A DNA stretch of 64,000 nucleotides from Paramoeba atlantica (taxonomy: Eukaryota; Protista; Discosea). Below, piece after piece: positions 12,262 through 25,236 of this stretch. Under the pieces are notes generated by a model. That model made no database searches, had not been told where the DNA came from, and saw only the letters and a list, made by a program, of their open reading frames with translations. Each line of letters starts with the position of its first letter. Position 1 is the stretch's first letter. The position numbers and the translations under genes are program-made. The stretch lies in contig CDRNVI010000156.1 in the NCBI GenBank assembly GCA_977017575.1, positions 317,503 to 381,502 of the forward strand, in the 5' to 3' direction.

Positions 12262-14315
12262 TTATAATTTTGCTGGGAGACCTGGAAGACCAATAACCCC
12301 TTCTCTGGCCACATCTTCGATTTCTTTTCGGTTCATTCCCAAGACCTAAAATATAGATATTACTTTACGATTAAAAATGTAAATGTCGACGACCAAATCT
12401 GGAGAGTCCACAGGAAAAATAAGGAGAAAAAAAAAGCTGACTGAACCTGTTGCAAAACTTGGATTGTATGTTCTCCAACGTTTGGGAGAGGGGCTGCTTC
12501 TGCTCTCCCAGGAGTACGTGAGAGTCGTGGTGCTGCTGGTGGTTCAAGCCCCCCTATTATAAAGAGAAGGGTTATGATATTTTTTTTTTGTCTTTTTGGG
12601 GATTTCTTTTTTCTTATTGTTAAACACAAACCTTCTGAATTAAGAATCAGTGTACCCCTCTCTTTGTTATGAGGATGTTCCATTACTTCTTCCAATTCTG
12701 TTAATAGGAAGAGGGAGAGTCAATAAAAAATATCCAGAGATGTCTGGTTTTCAGAAAGAACAGAAAAATTAGAAAATCACAAACCAAGGACGGGTGCAAA
12801 ACAAGCATCGAGATTCTCAAAGATTTTAACCCATTCTTCCAAATTCTTTTCTTTGAAAATTTGTTGAAATCTTGATTTCCAGTGAGGCCACAACTCAATG
12901 TTGAATTGTGAAATTTCTTTTTCGGAGATCTCAAGTCCCTTCAATAACTAGAAGAAAAAAGAAAATTGTTTTGTTAAAAGGGGAAAAAAAAAGAAGAATA
13001 TCAGAATAGAAAAAGAAGAAAAGAAATCTTACATCTTTGAAAAATTGAGGCTCAATGGCGCCCACTGAGACCCATTTCAAATCTTTTGTTTGGTAGGTTG
13101 TGTAGAAGGGAGCACCACCATCAAGGAGCCCTGTTCCTCTTGGTGTTCCAATTGTACCACTACTTTGAAGAGCTGTGGGGTTTAACCAAAAAAAGAAGAG
13201 AGTTTAGTTTTCGATATTTCCTTTCTTTTCAGATGATAACAACCTTTGAATAAAAACGTGGAAAGGTAGGCACTCCCATCAATCATATTTGCGTCAACTA
13301 CTTGTCCTTTTCCTTTGCGAAAGAGTCAATAATTTTTGTCAATATTCATTCATTGTGAAGAGAAAGGTCAGAGAAAGTGTTTTTTTTGAAAGAAATAACA
13401 AAAAAGAACCTGACTTATTTCTTTCGATCAGAGCCAATAAAGTTCCCAAGGCAGCCAAGAAACCACCACCTGCAAAATCTCCAAGAATATTCACAGGAGG
13501 TAAAGGCTTTCCTTTCTCTGTCCTAAAAGCTGACAATGCACCTGAAGTCGCAATGTAATTGATGTCATGACCAGCTTTGCGTGCGAATGGCCCACTTTGC
13601 CCAAAACCTTCCAAAAGGAATAAATCAGAAAAAAGATTTTTGGAAATATAAAAGAACAATTCATTCATTTTTTGTTGGATGAGATCATGGGAGAATTTTT
13701 TGGAAAAAAAAAGACTTGAAATAAAAGACTGACCAGTCAAACGGACATAGACAATGCGAGGGTTGACTTTCTGAAGTCGGTCATAAGTAATGCCCATCTT
13801 CTCCATGACTCCAGGTCGAAAAGGTTCGATCAATACATCTGACTTTTTGTGGGAGTTTCGAGGAAAGATTATTGACTTTTCCAAAAAAAAAAAAGACACT
13901 CACAACCATCATCAAAAAGAAAAGGAAAAAGGGGGAACCTTAGTCACGAGGTTCATCAACAATTCCACTCCTTGTTTCTTTTTCAAATTCAAGGAGATCG
14001 ACTTTTTTCCTTGAAAGATAAACTCAGAGAAGAGGTTTTGAAATCTCATTGAGTTATTTTGAAGAACAAGAAGAAGAAAGAAGGAAGAAAAAAAACCTCT
14101 CGCAAGTGTATCAGGGGAATGGAGAGAGCCAACACGATCGATCCGAATGAGCTCAGCGCCAAAATCTAATTTTTCCCAAAAAGTGAAACTCTGATCGATT
14201 TCACCAAAAAAAAAGGGAAAGAAAGAAAGAAACCTGCAAGAACTAATCCACAAAAAGGGGCAGGAGCAAGTCCTGCCAACTCTAACACACGAACCCCACC
14301 AAGAACCGCCATCAT
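12262..14315 (-). CDS. AMACR: Alpha-methylacyl-CoA racemase (CoA-transferase family III), ends in PTS1 -AKL
   Basis: [65 protein letters not shown] and GEHTIQVL; last exon ends GLPAKL*. Confidence 0.93.
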
Positions 14316-14443
14316 CCAAAGAGGAGAGAAAGAGAATCGAAGAAAGAAAAATAGCCTCCTAAAATTTAGGGGGAACAATTTTTCTGTTTTCGGTCTCTCT
14401 TTTTCTTGTTGGGAATTTTGTTGTTGTTGTTTGGTTGGGAGCG

Positions 14444-15026
14444 ATGGATAATGGTAAATGGAGGAAGGATCTTGGAACAGAAGGGTTGGTGATCAAGGAG
14501 TGGCCATTGGAAAAAGGAATTTCTTACAACTGGACTGTTCGAGTTGTCAAGGCAGGTTCTGTTTCTTTTTTTTTCTTTTTGTTTTGAGTTGGGGGAGGGG
14601 AAATAATTAATTCAACACTGAATGATTTCAGAGAGTTGTATGTCTGAGGGTCCAACACTTTCGATCTCTGTCATCACGAAGAAAGATTTGTCGGCTTCTT
14701 GGCCTTCTTGGGGAGCTGTTGATGGTGGGTGGGCTATGGCTTTTTGGCAGAGTTGGGGGAGAGGTGTTTTTTCTCACAATCGCCGGCCAGTCAAAGACTT
14801 GCCAAACCATGCTGTTAAATCTGGGGATGTTATTGAAGCTACATTGAGTGAATTTGGAGATTTATCTTTCATTTTGAATGGAACGGACATGGGGACATAT
14901 CCTGATCAATTACCATGGAATGAAACATTGTATCCTGCTGTCTTTTCTTGCACCAATGGGGGGATTGTGGTTGTGGAAGTTGAGGTAATGTCTGCTGTGA
15001 ACATCAAACCAGCAAAAAGGATTTGA
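14444..15026 (+). CDS. SPRY-like protein, tandem copy 1 (2 exons)
   Basis: MDNGKWRKDLG...YNWTVRVVKA, intron, then ...SGDVIEATLSEFGDLSFILNGTDMG...LYPAVF...VNIKPAKRI*. Confidence 0.7.
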
Positions 15027-15362
15027 AGAACAAAAAGGAAGAGGACTAATTATTATCAAATTACCTTCCAAAAAGGGACCTCTCTTGACAAGTAACTTTG
15101 GTGGCAAACACTGAATCTGATTTTTTTGAAAACACATTTAATATCTCAAAGATCTCATTCAAACTTTTTTTTGGAATTCAAGTTTGTTTGTTTTGTGAAC
15201 TTTGTCACTGAAGGTTAATGAAAAAGTAGAGTTTCGACCAAACCAATAATTTTTGGCTTTCTAAAATCAAAGTTTTGTTCCTGTTTTTGTTTCTGTTTTT
15301 GTTTCCGCTCTGCTGGCGGGCTGACTTCCTTTTGTTCGTTTGTTTTCCAGTGTCTTTGGTTG

Positions 15363-15938
15363 ATGGATGGTAAATGGAGGAAGGATCTTAGAACGGAAGC
15401 GTTGGTGATCAAAGACTGGCCATTGGAAAAAGGAGTTTCTTACAACTGGACTGTTCGAGTTGTCAAGGGAGGTTCTGTTTCTCTTTTTTCTTTTTGTTTT
15501 GATTTGGGGTTGGGAATATTAATTCAACACTGAATGATTTTAGAGAGTTGTGGGCGTGGGGGTCCGTCACTTTCGGTCTCTGTCATCACGAAGAAAGATT
15601 TGTCAACTACTTGGCCTTGTTGGGGAGCTGTTCACAATGGGTGGGCTCTGGCTTTTTGGCAGAGTTGGGGGAAAAGTGTCTTTTCTCACAATCGCCTGCC
15701 AGTCAAAGACTTGCCATACCATTTCGTTAGATCTGGGGATGTTATTGAAGTTACATTGAGTGAATTTGGAGATTTATCTTTCATTTTGAATGGAACGGAC
15801 ATGGGGACATATCCTGATCAATTACCATGGAATGAAACGTTGTATCCTGCTGTCTTTTCGAACACCAATGGGGGGATTGTGGTTGTGGAACTTGAGGTAA
15901 TGTCTGCTGTGAACATCAAACCAGCAAAAAGGAATTGA
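15363..15938 (+). CDS. SPRY-like protein, tandem copy 2
   Basis: Near-identical to copy 1 with the same intron. Confidence 0.7.
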
Positions 15939-16322
15939 ATGAAGAACAAAAAGAAATAGGAATTGTCAAATTTACTTTCCTGAAAAGCATTTCATAATTT
16001 GGTGGCAAACACTGAACCTGATTTTTTGGAAAAATGCAAAAAGAATATCTCAAAGATCTCATTCGAACTTTTTTTTGGAATTCAGTTTGTTTGTTTTGTG
16101 AACTTTGTCACTGAAGGTATTTCAGAGGGCTCAAAATCCCCTTTTGTGTGGGTCTCCAACCTCCCCTACTGAATAATAAGGAGAGAGTTTCGACCAAACC
16201 AATAATTTGGCTTTCTAAAACCAAATTTTGTTTCTGTTTTTGTTTCTGTTTTTTGTTTCCGCTCTGCTGGCGGGCTGACTTCCTTTTGTTCGTTTGTTTT
16301 CTCAGTCTTTAGTCTTTGGTTG

Positions 16323-16893
16323 ATGGATGGCAAATGGAGGAAGGATCTTGGAACAGAAGGGTTGGTGATCAAGGAGTGGCCATTGGAAAAAGGAGTTTCT
16401 TACAACTGGACTGTTCGAGTTGTCAAGGCAGGTTCTGTTTCTTTTTTTTCTTTTGTTTTGAGAGCAGAAATAATTAATTCAACATTCTATGATTTCAGAG
16501 GGTTGTGCGGTTGGGGGTCCAACACTTTCGATCTCTGTCATCACGAGGAAAGATTTGTCAACTACTTGGCCTTCTTGGGGAGCTGTTGATGGTGGGTGGG
16601 CTATGGCTTTTTGGCAGAGTTGGGGGAAAAGTGTTTTTTCTCACAATCGCCGGCCAGTCAAAGACTTGCCACGCCACCTTGTTCGATCTGGGGATGTTAT
16701 TGAAGCTACATTGAGTGAATTTGGAGATTTATCTTTCATTTTGAATGGAACGGACATGGGGACATATCCCGATCAATTACCATGGAATGAAACATTGTAT
16801 CCTGCTGTCTTTTCTTACACCAATCGGGGGATTGTGGTTGTGGAAGTTGAGGTAATGTCTGCTGTGAACATCAAACCAGCAAAAAGTAGTTGA
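16323..16893 (+). CDS. SPRY-like protein, tandem copy 3
   Basis: Near-identical to copies 1 and 2 with the same intron. Confidence 0.7.
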
Positions 16894-17127
16894 ATGAAGA
16901 ACAAAAAGAAATAGGAATTGTCAAATTTACTTTCCTGAACCTGATTTTTTTAAAAGCACTGCTGCAAAAGAGAAAAAAAAGAAAAGAGGAAGGTTGTGAT
17001 TTCATTATAATTTTTTGGAGTTTTTTTCTTCTAATCAGTTTGTTTGTTTTCACTTTTTTGTGATTTTGTGGGATAACACAGAAAATGATATTAGAGAAAT
17101 AGAGATTTCCCCTCCCCCATTTTCTGA

Positions 17128-18052
17128 TTATTTGGGAAGATCAAGTTCTTTTCCATACCATCGGCTGTAAATTGGAAACTTTAGTTTTTTTCATTTGTTT
17201 TTGGAACCAAAAAAAATCTTTCTTCAAAAAAAATGCAGAAACCTTTGTAAATAATAATAAAAGAAATCAAGATAGATCAACGTTTGAATTACACCACAGA
17301 TCCAAACAATCCAGTTGGTATAGTTATCCTCAGTTATCCAACGTGAGATCCAATTGAGAATATAAAGAGCACGATAAGCTCCCAATAAGAAGACATAGTC
17401 TGCTGTCATGACATCGATTTTGCTGCATCTTCTCAGAAGAAATAATTGAGGAAGAATCGCTACTGCTTCCAAAAGGATTGAAAAAGTCCATGAAACCTTT
17501 TTTTTTTTTTGAAAAAGAGAAGGAATGATTTAAAAAAACAGCTGCTTGTTTCTTCAAAATTTGTTGTTGTTTTTTTTGCAAGAAAAAAAAGAAAGGGAAG
17601 AAAAGGGGATCAAAAAAAAAATAAAAAACCTCAAAAAGAGAGAAATAATCAAGATTGAGTAAAATCGCCACTACAAGACATGGACCAATCAAAAACAAGA
17701 TTCGAAAGTTATCATGAGCCGCATGTTGTCGATAGGAAGTTTGATATTTGAAAACAATCAAATATAAAGTCAAAAAGGAAGTAGCGAGAAACAAGATTTT
17801 CATGACAACATTGTACATGGAATTAAAATTCCAGAGCAAATCCAAGTATCGACAAGCGAAGACAAGACAATATAATTGTTGTGTTTTTGCAGAAATTCCT
17901 ATTTCGTTTGATTAAAACCCCTTTAACAAAAAAAAAAACGAATAAAAACACCAACCACTGACAGAACTTTTCGTGTGAATTTTAAAAATGAGGAGAATAA
18001 TGCTGCAAAGGTGAATAAAATCACCAGACAATCGAAAAATATTGAAGATCAT
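17128..18052 (-). CDS. ERD2: ER lumen protein-retaining (KDEL/HDEL) receptor
   Basis: MIFNIFRLSGDFIHLCSIILLIFKI, ARYLDLLWNF, EAVAILPQL, YVFLLGAYRALYILNWI and GVIQTLIYLDFFYYY. Confidence 0.95.
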
Positions 18053-18682
18053 CTTGTGTTGTGTGTTGTGTTCTTTCTTTCTTTCTTTTGGTTTTTGGAG
18101 CCCAGAAACGCCACGTCGCCAAACCCTCAAAAAAGAAAAAAAAACCTCAGAAAAAAACAGCCAAAGAAATCTTTTCAGAATCTTTAACTCTCACTATGTA
18201 TGGAATCGATTCGTACCTCTCCATAAAAATTGTACCTAAAAGATTCCTACTGAAAAGGGAGGTATGGACTGGAGGTTTGTCTCTCTTTTTCTTTTTTAGA
18301 TCAAAAAAACTTGCGGCATGCCACAGAGCGCTTCTATCTTCGTCCACTGAAAATGAAGGTGTGAGGTAGTCTTTGTCCAGTTGCTTGCATAGAAACCATG
18401 GTACCCAAGAATGATTCCTTGATCAAGATTTTTTGCTTGTTTGAGATATTTTTGGTACCAAAAAATTCATATCCATTGTTTAACAACACAACCAATTTGT
18501 TTCACCGAAGGTGTGAAACTTTTGTTGGGAAGATTTGATCTGTTCTTCCATGACATACAGAACGCACCAAGATTTAAAACAAGATTTGTGTCTTTAACTT
18601 TTTATTCAATAAACCTTTTCATTCCAAAGTTTTTGTCTTTTTTTTTTTCGTTCCGTCCCGTTCCTTCCTTCCTTCCTCGACA

Positions 18683-19061
18683 ATGGCGTCCCAGTGGGTT
18701 GGGGAAGAAAAACATCATCAAGGATTTCCAGAACAACATCACTTCCAAACCCAACATCACCAAGTTCCTCGTCATCAACAAGACCAACGACAACAACGAC
18801 ATCCACCAGAACATCATCACCCACAACATCAACACCAAAACCACCAACAACACCCCCAAAACCTGCAACCCCAAACCCAACAACACCAACATCGACAACA
18901 TCATCAACAACACGTTCAAGAGCAGCATCACCAGCATCAACATGATTCACAGAACGGACACTTTCAATACCAAGAGACAACAAAAGCATCATCTTCTTCT
19001 TCTGGTGTTTCTCGTTCTCGCCATGATCCGAGGATTCCAATAGCTGAATCTGGATCCCTGC

Positions 19062-19098
<37 letters not shown>

Positions 19099-21254
19099 TC
19101 TTTCTTCTTCTTCAACCTCAAATCGTTCCAACTTTTCACCGACAAAGAGTCAACCGCCCACACAACATGTTCCCCAACCACCCCCAGCAACAAAGCCAGA
19201 GACACAAGCACCACCAACACAACGAAAAGATTGTGCGGATTGTCTTCGTTTGAAAGAAGAGATCAAAAGGAAAGAGAAAACAAAAGTTCATCTCCATAAA
19301 GCTGCCCAAGAAAAAGACAAACTCCTCTTCAAAGAAAAGAAAAGATCCCAAACACTCGAAAAAGAGATGTTGGAGATGAAAGGGAAGTTGGAGGAGATTG
19401 AAAGGAGAGAGATGATGTTAGCTGAGTGTTTGATTGCTCGTGACCATCAAGTGAAATCGTTGAAAATGAATGTTGCTTCTTTGAAAAAGAGGTTCTTCTC
19501 TTCTTTTCTTTTGTTCTTTTTTTGTTTCCATTTTATCTTCTTCTTCATTGTTTATCTTGAATTTCATTTTGTCTTCCTTATTACTCTTTTTATCACACAA
19601 TCTTATTTTTTTTTCTTTTAAAAGGGACCACAGAAAGGAAACCGAGATGAGTTTTGTGGATCCGATCATCAACATCAATTATCAAAAGAAAATGAAAGAG
19701 TTACAACTTTATCGAGATGCTCTTCGAGCTTCGCAGGACGAACTCACTGCTGTTCAGTTTACTCCTTATAGTTTGACAGGTTTTTCTTTTCTCTCTCCCT
19801 CTCTCTTTTTGTGCAAACTCAAGAACACAAAAAAAAATTAGATGAATTATTTCTTGTCTAACATCATGCTTTCCTGTTCAGGTAAAAAGTTGGTCTCGAG
19901 ATGTAAAATGTTATTGGAAGAAAATGAACAACTTGGCAGGATTCTTTCGTCAGGAAATGTTCACAGGTTTTTTCTTCCTTTCCTATCTTTTTTTTAACCT
20001 CAATAATTCAAAGAATAACCAAAAAAAAAATTTAGCTTACAGTGTGATGTTGCGTTACAATTTGAATACATCGAAACACTTAAAAAGACTCTTCAAGAGA
20101 GTGGCGCATTTTCAAAATCGCTTCTGAATGAGATTGAGATGATGCAAAACGTGATATTAATGCTCGTCTCTGTCTTTCCTGCAGAAAAAAAAGATCTTGT
20201 GGCAACCCTTCTCAGTCGATTGGATTCAATCGAAGAGGCGCCCCAAGAACAATCTTCGACCGAAAAAACAAACCAACAGCAACAAGATCAAGAACAACCA
20301 GTCCACCCAAACAAAAAAAGAAAGATTCGCTCAGACGATAGCAACCCGTTTTCATTCTTCCCACGTTTGGCAGGAAGTGAAGAGGAATCGAACAAGGGAG
20401 AGATTGATGCCTTTCAAGAGGAATTTATGTCGGCTCTTCGAAGTATTCTCTCGACAAATCCGTCTTTTTTCGCGTTACCAACTCCTGATGTCCCCATAGT
20501 TCCTCCACAACAACCACTCCACCAAACTTCTCAACCACCTTTCTTTCCACACCAACAACCACCTCACCACCCTGGGTCTTTCTATCCTGGAGAATTTCCT
20601 GGATATCCAATGATTGGTGGTCCTTTTCCTGACTTTTCTCGGATGCCGCATCCATTTGAGGAGTGGAATCAGCCACAACCCGGTGGGAATGACTTTGCAC
20701 AACCAACAAATGTAGGTGGAGGAGGAGGAGGGAGTAGGGGACGGTCAAGAGGAGGGAGAAGAAGGGGGGGAGGGAGAGGAAGAGGTGGAGGGAGAGTTGG
20801 AGAAGGAGGCGGAAGAGGGGATGGAGGAGGAGGAAGAGGAGATGGGGGAAGGGGAGGAGGTGGTGGGAGAGATGGGGGAGAGATGGATTTTCGCCCTTCT
20901 TCGCCTCCTCCTCGATATTCTTCTCCTCAATCAGGACCTCCTCCTCATCCAATTCAAACACGATATATGTCTCCCCTTATGCAACAACAAACACAACCCC
21001 ATCCATCACAAACATTCCAATCTTTTCGTTTTGGGTCACCTGGACACGGTTCTCCTCCAACTGGTGGTATTCGACATCTGTCTCCACCACCTTCAGGAAG
21101 GTATGTCTCTCCTTCTCGTCAAATGAGAGGGTTTTCACCCGGATTTTCTCCTTCTTTTGAAAGAGACCAACAGCAATATGGGGGACGTCCTCCTGCACAG
21201 CAACATTTTCCTCCTCCCTTTACTCGATATGAAGACCGTGGTGAACAACATTAA
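18683..21254 (+). CDS. WTAP: WTAP/FIP37/Mum2-like m6A methyltransferase complex subunit with Q/P/G-rich disordered termini
   Basis: Spliced core FVDPIININY...SQDELTAVQFTPYSLTGKKLVSRCKMLLEENEQLGR matches the WTAP motif ELxAxxFTPxSxxGKxLxxxCxxLxxENxxLG. Confidence 0.85.
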
Positions 21255-21480
21255 AAGAAAACATTTAATATCTAAAAAAAAATTATCTGATTGTTAATGT
21301 AAAAAATAAGACAAAAAAACACCACAAACATCAAAAAAAAAAAAATTTCAAGAATAAATATTTTATTCTTGTTTAGTTCCACTGTTTGTGTGGTATAGTA
21401 AATTGTGTTTGTTTAGTTTCACAGATGGAAGGGGGGAAGGTTTTTGATACGATTAGGAAAAAATATTTTTGGAAGTTTTC

Positions 21481-23720
21481 TTATAACAACACAACATTCC
21501 ACACAAAAGCAGAAAAGGACAAGAAGAGAGATATGAAGAGAGAAGAGCCAGCAGCAAATTCAGGGAGTTCTGCTTGGCTGTATTGAAGAGACCATGTTCC
21601 GAGTGAATAAGTTCCTTGTCCTCTGATTCCATTATATCTGGAAAATAGTAAAATTAGAGAGAAAAAAAAAAGGGGAAAAAACTAGACAAAAAAAAAGTGA
21701 AAAGCAAACTCTCCACTCCCACCACCAATGGTGACTCCATAACTCTCAGGTTCATTGAGATTAATTGTTCCAAAAACGGACACTGTGTGAAAGGTTATTG
21801 TTAATATAAAACGAATAAGAAAAGGGGGGAGGAGAGGAAAAGGGAAACAAGTATTGTTGAGATCAGGAAGGAGGAAAGTCCATGAGCAGAATGTATCCGT
21901 AGCATTTTGATTTGAAGGAAGATTATAACACACTCCTGTGAACGAAAGGATGTTGTTTTTAAAAAAAAAGATAAAAGAACAAAATTTAACAAAATAATAA
22001 TAATAAATTAACCATGAATCTCGCCCGTGGTGTTATCCATGTTCACATCAACAATATCAGACCATAAGATGATTGTTCCTCTAGTATCACAAAAAAAATG
22101 GTTATTTTAAAACAAAGAAGAAAATGAAAGAAAATCACAAACACTGCAGAAGGACCATCAGGAAGATAAACAAGAGAAGGGGAATTTTCTTTCAGAACTA
22201 ATTCTGTAGCATTTCGTTGACATCCATAGAACAATTCCATGTCAAAGAAAAGAACCTATGAAGAAAAATATTCAGTTTATCCTTTCCATAAAAACTTTTT
22301 TGATCAGAAAAATAAATGAATCAAAAGATAACTGGTAAATCAGTTGTAATAAAAGTCGCTTCACCACCTCCCCGAACGCGTTCCCAAAATCCTGTCCCAC
22401 CAACAATCGACACTGGGGAAGAAAGAGAAGAAAAGAGAAGAGAAACACAGGGAGAAAGAAAGTTAGGATCAAAAACAAAAGAAAAAAGATCGAAAAGAAC
22501 AAAAAGAAAATACCATAGGACCCTTTATCAAAGTAATCATAAACAGTTCCTTGCATAAAAACCAAATCATTCTTATCACTCATCTCAACAACCCACTGAC
22601 AAAACTGACGAGGTTTCTCTTTGTTTGTTACTGGGATCAAAATACATCGCCCATTGTCCATACCAAGAAAAAAATTGTTGATATCTGATGTGAGAAGTCC
22701 TTCAAATAAACCTAAAAAGAGAAAGAGACAAGGAGTTTCATGAGATAAAAGAAGCTTTTTTGTGGGGGGAGGAGAGAAGAGGAGAAAAAAAAAAAACAAA
22801 AAAACAAAACTGATTGTTCCAGGAGAATCAATTTCCCCATCAAATTCACGAATGGATTCTTCTTGTTGAAAGACAAGTTGTCCACCATTACAATCTTCAG
22901 TACTCAAACACATGGTAAACGTCCATGTTCGCCCCTTTCCTTTATTTGATGGATAAACAAATGTTGAACCAATGAGCCCTCTCCAGAGCCCCGTTCCTCC
23001 TGAGAGTCCAAGTGTTGACTATTATAAAAAAGAAAGAAAAAGTGAATATGTTGATTGATAAAAGAGAGAGAAGAGAATTAAAAAAGAAAAAAGAAAAACA
23101 AACATTGTAAAGAGTGGATGTGAGTCCAGAGACAACAAAAGTATCCCGATCACTGTTTGATGTGAGGCTGAGAATAAGTTCAATTTGGTGACAAAAAAAG
23201 AAAAGATCATTTTTTTCAAAGAAAAAGAAAAGAAAAGAAAAGAGAAACTCATTGACACGAAAGTTTAAATCACACTGAGAAAGAGAAGTGTCCTCCAAGA
23301 CAACACACAATCCTTCAATCTTCCCAATATTGAAAACTTTGTCTGTACTTGAATACACATTTCGAAAGAATGTGTAAATATCTCCAGGGCAATACTAAAA
23401 AAAACAAACAAACACAAATAAAAGAATCAATTTAATCTCCAAAAAAAAAAAAGAAAAAAGAAAAGAAAAAAGAAAATTGGTTTTACCACAGAAGTACAAG
23501 ATGAATTCTCATGTCGAATAATTGTTTGAATAGGTTCACCATCTTTAAAAACATCTTCATAAAGAGAAAAAGTTGCTTCCGAACCAGATTGACAATCACC
23601 ATTGATATCCTCCTCACCATCATCATCCCCCGCCACCATCCCCCCAAAAAACAAAGAAAAAGAAAGAAAGAAGAGAAAGAGAAGTTTGGATTTCTGATGA
23701 CAAAGAGTTCCAACCTTCAT
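21481..23720 (-). CDS. Secreted, probably GPI-anchored surface protein (multi-exon)
   Basis: N-terminal hydrophobic signal (LLFLFFLSFSLFFGGMVAG). Last exon ends AAGSSLFISLFLSFSAFVWNVVL*, typical of a GPI signal. No family recognised. Confidence 0.55.
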
Positions 23721-23975
23721 CCTTCGAGAGAGAGAGAGAAAGAGAAAGTGAGAGGCGAGGTTTGGTGAAAGAAGAAAAACACGAAAAAACCCTCCGCAGT
23801 TTAGAGTTCTAAAAAAGCCCACTCCAAAGGTTTGTTTTGTGTTGTCGGTTTGCCAAAAGATTTGACACAGAGAGAGAGAGGCTCGTTTGTTTTGGGGGAG
23901 AGGGAGATATTTGAGAATTGAGGAACAGATTTTTGAAAGATTTTTTTGAAATAAAAAAAGTTTTAGTTTTTTTGT

Positions 23976-25094
23976 TCAAAGTAAGTCGATCTTTTCACCA
24001 AACTCATTGAACACTGGCAATTCAGCATCAGCAGTAACAGGCCCAGGTCGTTCAACTCCCAACCTGCCATAATAATTACTTCGAAGATTATGGACAGTTT
24101 TTGGTTTATATTGTGGAGGCGGTGGAACATCTTCAACATCATATTCCTCTTGCTGGGGATCTTGACCATACATGAAGAATTGGACCCAGACCAGCAAATC
24201 AAAACCAAGAGTTCCGACACTTCCAACAAGATATGGAAGAGAGTTCAAAAGATAACTTTTTTCTGTACTCTCTAATAAGATACTGGATGAATAGGTCAGA
24301 TTTCCGCAAACTGTCAACACAAACATCCCAAAACTCAAGCCTTCTGTACTTTTTCTTCTGAAATTCTTATAGATCTGAGGAAGTCTCGATGAAAGATAAA
24401 GAGTTGCGCTTGTCCATGCGAAAGTAATACCAAGGATCTCGAGTTCTCTGCTCTCAGAAGAACCTGTATTGCAAGGATCATCACCATCTCCTGTGGAAGA
24501 AGATCTTGCGGAAGCGATTATCGTGAGTGTCATAGAAGCAGCTTCAGCTCCTTTTTGAATCATTGTTCCAACAACTGCTGTTCCAAGCGCGCTTTGTGAA
24601 GTCGTAAGGGGTGGGTGGACATGAGGTTCCTCAACTTGGAGGGTTGCGTATTTCCTTTTCGAATCTCGAACCTTGTAATAAAGAATTTGGGAAACCATCA
24701 CCGCATCAATCAAAATATAATATCCTGCAAGCGCTGTTTGGGTGAGGAGCTGGTGTGTAAGAATACATCCAAGGAAGTTTGTTAAATCTCCAAGAACCCA
24801 ACACATGATGAAAGCAAATGCGATCGCTTCGGCTGTTGAGTTCTTCCAGTTTTTATAAATTTGTGGCGCAGTCACAAATATCCAACATGCAATAGACGCA
24901 CCACCAGCGATTCGACTCGCGATTTGTCTTGGTGTCAGCGGTTCTTTGGTCGGTGTTGGGCATGGTGCTGGTCCTGGTGATGGGGAAGGTGGTGGAGACG
25001 GAGATGGGACCGGAGTTTCTCCACATTGGACACTCGTTGGGTTTAAGAAAAGAAAGAAAACAAGAAAAAAGACAAACAAACGAATCGAATACAT
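23976..25094 (-). CDS. PQ-loop lysosomal/vacuolar amino-acid transporter (PQLC2/Ypq-like), intronless
   Basis: Two PQ motifs (APQIYKNW, LPQIYKNFRRKSTEGLS), GDLTNFLGCIL, multiple transmembrane segments. Confidence 0.9.
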   Translation of the reverse strand: MYSIRLFVFFLVFFLFLNPTSVQCGETPVPSPSPPPSPSPGPAPCPTPTKEPLTPRQIASRIAGGASIACWIFVTAPQIYKNWKNSTAEAIAFAFIMCWVLGDLTNFLGCILTHQLLTQTALAGYYILIDAVMVSQILYYKVRDSKRKYATLQVEEPHVHPPLTTSQSALGTAVVGTMIQKGAEAASMTLTIIASARSSSTGDGDDPCNTGSSESRELEILGITFAWTSATLYLSSRLPQIYKNFRRKSTEGLSFGMFVLTVCGNLTYSSSILLESTEKSYLLNSLPYLVGSVGTLGFDLLVWVQFFMYGQDPQQEEYDVEDVPPPPQYKPKTVHNLRSNYYGRLGVERPGPVTADAELPVFNEFGEKIDLL

Positions 25095-25236
25095 TTCTCT
25101 TCTCAGTCCCCACACACCGCTTTCTGCGCTCGCAAAACAAAAACCGGAAACAAAAAAACGAAAAAAACCAAAAAGAATTTTCTTGGTTGGATTGTTCCCA
25201 ATCTTTAAATCCTTTTTCTCTGATTCTTCTTTGTAT

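Noticed and set aside
18150-18600. Possible small minus-strand gene (SWVPWFLCKQLDKDYL...)
   Set aside because: Could not assemble a consistent exon chain or recognise a family.
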